Shown: in pieces, positions 31,157 to 36,210 of the stretch
Numbering within the stretch: the stretch's first letter is position 1
Layout of the letters: each line of letters starts with the position of its first letter
Source of the DNA: an uncultured bacterium
GTDB taxonomy: Bacteria; SAR324; NAC60-12
Direction: 5' to 3'
NCBI GenBank assembly: GCA_964010765.1
Contig: CAXGMD010000029.1
Coordinates: 1 to 36,210 of the forward strand
DNA length: 36,210 bases
Program-made: the position numbers and the translations under genes
Notes under the pieces: model-generated
The model's input: the letters and a program-made list of their open reading frames with translations, nothing else
Told to the model about the DNA's origin: nothing
Databases searched by the model: none

Positions 31157-31169
31157 ATCAAGTGTTCGA

Positions 31170-31946
31170 TTATGCTTTTGCAGTAGCCTTTGCTGAGACT
31201 GGCGCACTATCTAGCATAGTTTTCTCACGTGCAATGAAGTAGACCATCACTCCGTAGACACATTTGCTAACGATATCAGCAATAGTATACCCGACCTGTA
31301 CACCTATTTCAGCTTCTGCAGTTCCGCCTGCAAGATTGAAAATGTAGGCAACGGGGTAGAACAGCCATGAAATCATTAAGAGCATTCGGGTCTGCTCGAT
31401 TAATTCCTTCACTTTACCGTCCTCTTCTGCAATTTCAGCTGCCAACTCTTTCCAAAGCACTCTGAGAATGTACACAAATGGTATCATCGCAAGTACGAAG
31501 AAAAGCGCTTGTGTTCCGGTATTGTCTGACACCTCGCCTGGGTAACCCAAAGCGATCATGAGTACAGAAGCAATAACCAATCTGGTTAAGACATCCTGCA
31601 TTCTTTCACGAGTCAATGACAAAAGAACAATCAGTTCTACTAACAACAGTGGTACTGTCAACAACCAGTCCACGTAACGGTAGGCGTCGTTAAACGGTAC
31701 TCCTGTTGCCACATACATTCCGCTTTCACTTATCGCGTATGCGTCGTCCCAACTTTGGAAAATTCGGAAGTAGTGATAGCCCGCGATGAGTACCACCAGA
31801 CTCGAACAGACGATGGCCGGCTTGTATTTGACAGCGATGTTCTCTTTAGCAAGAACGAAAAATGCGAAAGTGCCGAACATTGCCGCGATTGTCAGAGACA
31901 ACATGTTATAGATCAGCGAAAACTGATCTGCACTCAACTCTGGCAT
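31170..31946 (-). CDS. xanthorhodopsin-family microbial rhodopsin, DTE proton pump
   Basis: SD AAGGAGA before ATG 31946 (258 aa); AGYHYFRI, FNDAYRYVDWLLTVPLLLVEL (D93/T97/E104), LGYPGE, GYTIADIVSK (retinal Lys). Confidence 0.96.
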   Translation of the reverse strand: MPELSADQFSLIYNMLSLTIAAMFGTFAFFVLAKENIAVKYKPAIVCSSLVVLIAGYHYFRIFQSWDDAYAISESGMYVATGVPFNDAYRYVDWLLTVPLLLVELIVLLSLTRERMQDVLTRLVIASVLMIALGYPGEVSDNTGTQALFFVLAMIPFVYILRVLWKELAAEIAEEDGKVKELIEQTRMLLMISWLFYPVAYIFNLAGGTAEAEIGVQVGYTIADIVSKCVYGVMVYFIAREKTMLDSAPVSAKATAKA

Positions 31947-32469
31947 ATATTCTCCTTCGATAGGAATTAGAATCAGATAAGAAAGCAAAGAGCCTTCTGA
32001 CCACATTAGAAAATCGACCTAACCAATGGGTTCCTTTGGTTTGTCGATCTGCTCTCATCTTTTGACAAGAGCGAGAGCACAATTGACAAAAAGCAGACCA
32101 ATTATGAAAAATTTTGTTGAAAAAATAACCTAAAAAAATAATTTATCATTAATATGATAAAAATAATTTTTTTTTAATTTTTAATGATAAATTTAAATCA
32201 AATTATATTATCGACCCAAATTTATCATTTTTTTCTAATGATGGATTTATAATAAATATTTGATTAATTAAATTATTACAATCCTTTCTAGTAATGTAAA
32301 TAGTAATTTCTAATTTCATGAGAAATCTTTTGTCGAACTCTTCTGTTTTTTCTCACGTAAATTTAAAATTAATTTTTAAATAATAGTATCAATAATTTAT
32401 CTATTAATTTTACTAAGCACACTCATTGCAAAAGATGAATCCTTCATTCAAACCGCATATGGAGGTTCC
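31947..32469. promoter_or_regulatory. divergent control region between rhodopsin and the crt operon
   Basis: 523-bp non-coding gap, extremely AT-rich at 32100-32410, with inverted repeats and hairpins. Confidence 0.7.
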
Positions 32470-33591
32470 ATGGAAATGAGTTCAAATGCTATTTATGATA
32501 ATCCATTCAGGGTATTGGGAGAACGATATTTTTCTCTACATTTGAACCACACCAAACAAATGGAGAAACAATTCATTTCGGAAAGTAAATGTTTGAACTC
32601 TCTGGATTGGGCATCGCAAAAAATTAAAATTGTACCCGAAGAAATGAAATCTTTTTTGCGGCAAAACGGAGTACTGAAAGATAGTGCTGACTACCATTTA
32701 ATGACAGAAGGAAAACTCTTTAGAGCGCAGTTGGCCTTGGCAGCAGCGCACCTTCATCGTTTAGATGAAAAGACTGCACTACAGTTAGCCTGTGTAACAG
32801 AATTTATTCATAACGCATCGCTTGTCCATGACGATATTCAGGATCAGGACGAAACACGAAGAAACCGCGCAACGGTTTGGAAGCAATATGGATCAAACAA
32901 TGCGCTTCTTCTAGGTGATTTGCTGCTGAGCAAAGCGTACGAAATGCTCGGCATCCTAGGTATGCAGCACTACCGTGGTCCAAGATTGATCGGTCTACTC
33001 GGTGAGAAGATCGCACTGCTGATTCAAGGACAGTCAGATGAGTTGGAGCACCAAAGTGATTTGACCCTGCCTCTACAAACTTATGAACACATTGCACTCT
33101 GCAAAACAGGGGCTCTGCTTTCCTTCCCCGTGGAGGCCGCCCTAATTCTGTCAGGTGTTCAAGAGAGGGAATGTGGTCGTGTGAATCAAATTTTTGGTCG
33201 ATTTGGAGTGGCTTACCAGATTCATGACGACATCATTGATTTGTGTGCTTCAAACAAAGGTCGCGATTTCCCGGGTTCAGATCTGAGGGAAGGTCGGGTC
33301 AGCGCAGTAATTCTACAATTTTGGCAGCAATCCTCGCCAAAGATGAGGGAGCAATTCGAAATTTTCTTTAAGGATGAAAAATGTCGTCGTGATCCTGAGC
33401 AATTAGCCTACTGGGTCAACTCTCTGGTCAACACACAGGTTCTGGAAGCAAGCTTTCAATACCTTACGGAGACGCTTGCAAACTGCCGCCAAGAAGCTGC
33501 TGAGCTACCAGATCCCCTGAGTTCATTCATGTTGTTAGTCATCTCTCAGTTGGAAAAGCGCTTTCAGCCAGAATTAGAGCTGTTGGCATGA
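32470..33591 (+). CDS. crtE: polyprenyl (geranylgeranyl) diphosphate synthase
   Basis: GKLFR, HNASLVHDDIQD..RR, LGDLL, KTG, YQIHDDIID; SD GGAGG; first gene of the carotenoid operon. Confidence 0.85.
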   Translation: MEMSSNAIYDNPFRVLGERYFSLHLNHTKQMEKQFISESKCLNSLDWASQKIKIVPEEMKSFLRQNGVLKDSADYHLMTEGKLFRAQLALAAAHLHRLDEKTALQLACVTEFIHNASLVHDDIQDQDETRRNRATVWKQYGSNNALLLGDLLLSKAYEMLGILGMQHYRGPRLIGLLGEKIALLIQGQSDELEHQSDLTLPLQTYEHIALCKTGALLSFPVEAALILSGVQERECGRVNQIFGRFGVAYQIHDDIIDLCASNKGRDFPGSDLREGRVSAVILQFWQQSSPKMREQFEIFFKDEKCRRDPEQLAYWVNSLVNTQVLEASFQYLTETLANCRQEAAELPDPLSSFMLLVISQLEKRFQPELELLA

Positions 33592-36038
33592 CAGGCTCGC
33601 CCACAGCCTTGGTAATCGGCTCCGGTTTTGGAGGTCTGGCTGCAGCCCTTCGTCTGAAAACCAAGGGGTATGAGGTCACAATTGTTGAACGTCAGCCAGA
33701 TCTTGGCGGAAGAGCACGGGTCTTCCGTAGAAATGGTTTTGTCTATGATGCCGGACCAACTGTTGTAACAGCACCGTTTCTACTTGATGAACTCTTTAAA
33801 CTCTTCAACCGGAACCCAGAAGATTACCTAAAGATTGTTCCAGTAGAACCTTGGTACCGCTTCCGATTCAATGATGGAGAAACTTTCGATTATGGAGGTA
33901 CTGTTGAAGGTACTCTGGATGAAATCGAGAGGCTCTCACCAGAGGATCGTGATGGATATTTGAATCTTGTCCAGGAATCACGGCGAATCTTTGAAAAAGG
34001 TTTTAGCGAATTAGCTCATATCCCATTCCATCGATGGGGCACAATGCTCCGTCAGGTTCCTGCGCTACTAAAACTCCGCAGTTACCGTTCAGTCTATCAG
34101 ATGGTTTCAGCCCACCTGAAAGACGAACGTCTCCGCCAGGCTTTCAGTATTCAGCCCCTCCTCGTGGGTGGAAATCCCTTTACTACGACCTCGATTTATT
34201 CGCTGATCCACTATCTTGAACGCAAATGGGGTGTGCACTTTGCCATGGGCGGTACAGGCGCCATTGTTGCTGGACTCGAGAAATTACTTCGAGAAGAAGG
34301 GGTTCAAATAAAAACCAATGCTACTGTCACCAAGATCGTCACCCAACAGCGACGGGTAACCGGAGTAGAATTGGGAAACAGTGGTGAAGTGCTACCAGCG
34401 GATTTGGTGGTCTGTAATGCAGACCCTCCATTTGTCTACGAACATCTGCTTGATTTTCCCCAGCGCAAGCGTTGGTCAAATTGGCGTCTTCGTCAGTTGC
34501 GCTACTCGATGGGGCTCTTCGTTCTTTATTTTGGGACAACTCGCCAATACCCAGGAGTAGCTCATCACACAATCACGATGGGACCTCGCTATAAGGAACT
34601 GCTAAGCGATATCTTTCATAAAAAGCATCTTGCTGAAGACATGAGCTTGTACCTGCACCGTCCAACAGCAACAGATCCAACGATGGCTCCGGCTGGTTGT
34701 GATACTTTTTATGTGCTCTCCCCTGTCCCAAACAACCTCAGCGGAATCAACTGGGAGGAAGTAGGGCCACGTTATCGTGATGCCGTTGTCAGAGAATTGG
34801 AGCGTACTCTTCTGCCTGGCTTGAGTGAGTGCATCACAGAGGATTTTTTTGTGACTCCTAATTACTTTGAGCAGGAACTCCTGACCCGCCATGGTACTGG
34901 ATTTTCAATCCAGCCACTGTTTACCCAATCTGCTAATTTCCGTTTTCACAATAAGTCAGAAGAAGTGGATGGCCTCTACTTTGTTGGAGCTGGAACTCAC
35001 CCTGGGGCAGGGATGCCAGGAGTATTGAGTTCTGCGAAAGTTTTGGATCAACTGATTCCTTCAGTCTCCAACAACACGACTCCGCACAGAGCTCTGAAAA
35101 AGACATCGTCCTCTCGCACAAAATCTGAGACGCAAACTCATGCAGCGGTATTGGCCTATCATGGAAAAAGCTTTCATTGGGCCGGTCGACTTTTGCCACA
35201 ATCACAGTTTAATGACGCCTCCTTACTATATGCTTTTTGTCGGCATGTAGACGATTTGGCCGACGAAGCAAGTGATCCCAGAGAAGCTAAAATTCGACTG
35301 GATCAATTGCGTCAGGACCTCTGGAGTGAAAAGCCCAAACAGCCTTTGAACCAAGCGTTTCGTCAACTGATGGCAGATCAACAGTTGGAACAGTGTTGGG
35401 TAGAAGACTTGATTGAAGGTGTACTTTCCGACCTAGGGGAGGTCTGTCTACAAACGCAGGAAGAACTCATCTGCTACGCCTATCGAGTTGCCGGAACAGT
35501 TGGTTTAATGATGGCCCAGGTTTTGGGCTGCCGTGATACCCATGCATTAGCATTTGCGACTGACCTAGGCATTGCCATGCAGTTGACCAATATTGCCCGT
35601 GATGTCCATGAGGATGCCCAACGTGGTCGCCTCTACATACCTCAGCAATGGCTTGGAGAAAATCCAGTCTCCGCTGTGCAGCTAGTTGAGGGGAATCAAG
35701 AAGCCCGTCAAGTAGCTGAAACAGCTGTGGAACGCTTGCTCGATCTCGCAGAGTTGTATTATCGCAGTGGGTACCAAGGTATGCGCTACTTGCCCATGCG
35801 AGTGCGCTTGGGAATCCTCACAGCACGGGCACTTTATCGTGCAATCGGGGATGAAATTTACCCTGAGCCTAGGATTATTTGGGAGAGGCGAGCCCGTGTT
35901 TCTATGTCTCGTAAGTGTAGGTTGACAATCACAAGTTTGTTTAAATTTCTTTTCGATACCCAAACCTGGCCAGTAGGAAAACCTCAGCAACACGAACCAC
36001 AATTGCACCAGCACCTGAATTGTGTACGGGTTAGCTAA
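33588..36038 (+). CDS. crtIB: fused phytoene desaturase (CrtI) - phytoene synthase (CrtB)
   Basis: N-half: VIGSGFGGLA, DAGPTV, LYLH.P..TD, YFVGAGTHPGAGMPGV. C-half: GKSF, YAFCRHVDDLAD, YRVAGTVG, LGIAMQLTNIARDVHED..GRLYIP. One open frame. Confidence 0.93.
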   Translation: MTGSPTALVIGSGFGGLAAALRLKTKGYEVTIVERQPDLGGRARVFRRNGFVYDAGPTVVTAPFLLDELFKLFNRNPEDYLKIVPVEPWYRFRFNDGETFDYGGTVEGTLDEIERLSPEDRDGYLNLVQESRRIFEKGFSELAHIPFHRWGTMLRQVPALLKLRSYRSVYQMVSAHLKDERLRQAFSIQPLLVGGNPFTTTSIYSLIHYLERKWGVHFAMGGTGAIVAGLEKLLREEGVQIKTNATVTKIVTQQRRVTGVELGNSGEVLPADLVVCNADPPFVYEHLLDFPQRKRWSNWRLRQLRYSMGLFVLYFGTTRQYPGVAHHTITMGPRYKELLSDIFHKKHLAEDMSLYLHRPTATDPTMAPAGCDTFYVLSPVPNNLSGINWEEVGPRYRDAVVRELERTLLPGLSECITEDFFVTPNYFEQELLTRHGTGFSIQPLFTQSANFRFHNKSEEVDGLYFVGAGTHPGAGMPGVLSSAKVLDQLIPSVSNNTTPHRALKKTSSSRTKSETQTHAAVLAYHGKSFHWAGRLLPQSQFNDASLLYAFCRHVDDLADEASDPREAKIRLDQLRQDLWSEKPKQPLNQAFRQLMADQQLEQCWVEDLIEGVLSDLGEVCLQTQEELICYAYRVAGTVGLMMAQVLGCRDTHALAFATDLGIAMQLTNIARDVHEDAQRGRLYIPQQWLGENPVSAVQLVEGNQEARQVAETAVERLLDLAELYYRSGYQGMRYLPMRVRLGILTARALYRAIGDEIYPEPRIIWERRARVSMSRKCRLTITSLFKFLFDTQTWPVGKPQQHEPQLHQHLNCVRVS

Positions 36039-36039
36039 A

Positions 36040-36210
36040 ATGCAGGTCTGGGACGCCATCGTACTTGGAGCTGGTTGTGCTGGACTGACTCTGGTTAATG
36101 AGCTGATTGCTCGTGGTGAAGGCCAACTCAGGATTTTGTTGTTGGAAGAAAGAAACGAGTACACAAATGATCGTACTTGGTGCTTCTGGAATACGCTCAA
36201 TCACCGTTTT
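36040..36210 (+). CDS. crtY: lycopene beta-cyclase, N-terminal part (runs off window)
   Basis: Not in the ORF track; translates as MQVWDAIVLGAGCAGLTL..LLLEERNEYTNDRTWCFW, 1 nt after the crtIB stop. Confidence 0.88.
   Translation, partial: MQVWDAIVLGAGCAGLTLVNELIARGEGQLRILLLEERNEYTNDRTWCFWNTLNHRF

Noticed and set aside
31947..32006. ORF-track N-terminal extensions of rhodopsin (also LysR, SBP and the PruR-like protein)
   Set aside because: SD position and/or family N-termini favour the downstream ATGs at 31946, 15218, 7671 and 29710.
32062..32099. Two TTGACA hexamers (32062, 32083) as CarH/LitR-type repeats or sigma70 -35 boxes
   Set aside because: Spacing is 21 bp with no intervening repeat, and no well-spaced -10 is seen; insufficient support.
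35682..36200. 172-aa minus-strand ORF
   Set aside because: Antisense to the crtB domain and crtY, which carry clear motifs.
1..36210. CRISPR array, cas genes, prophage, integrase, retron/RT or other defence genes
   Set aside because: No regularly spaced repeats or recognisable motifs found by eye.

Overview
36.2-kb bacterial chromosomal window. Gene content suggests a photic-zone marine bacterium, possibly SAR324-like; this is inference only. It opens with the 3' end of a 5S rRNA, then tRNA-Leu(CAA) and tRNA-Gly(GCC). An AT-richer accessory patch follows: DoxX-like protein, IS1 remnant, alpha/beta-barrel protein plus amidohydrolase, and ORFans. Next come a frameshifted MFS transporter, EamA, an amino-acid ABC permease and SBP, and a beta-carbonic anhydrase. 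A second AT-rich island carries a sugar-type ABC SBP, two permeases, two Cys-type sulfatases and a LysR. Core-like genes follow: single-chain 5-oxoprolinase, thuA/thuB-like pair, UvrD/Rep helicase, mtaB and an OM beta-barrel. The right end holds the most interesting material: (i) an operon of a tandem two-domain, Cys-free PruR/SUOX-like periplasmic protein, a membrane histidine kinase and a stand-alone receiver; (ii) a Ste24/M48-like membrane protein lacking its zinc ligands, directly downstream of a DTE xanthorhodopsin-family pump whose antenna fenestration appears blocked; (iii) a divergent crtE, fused crtI-crtB, crtY operon running off the window. All family calls come from motif recognition by eye; no searches were run.
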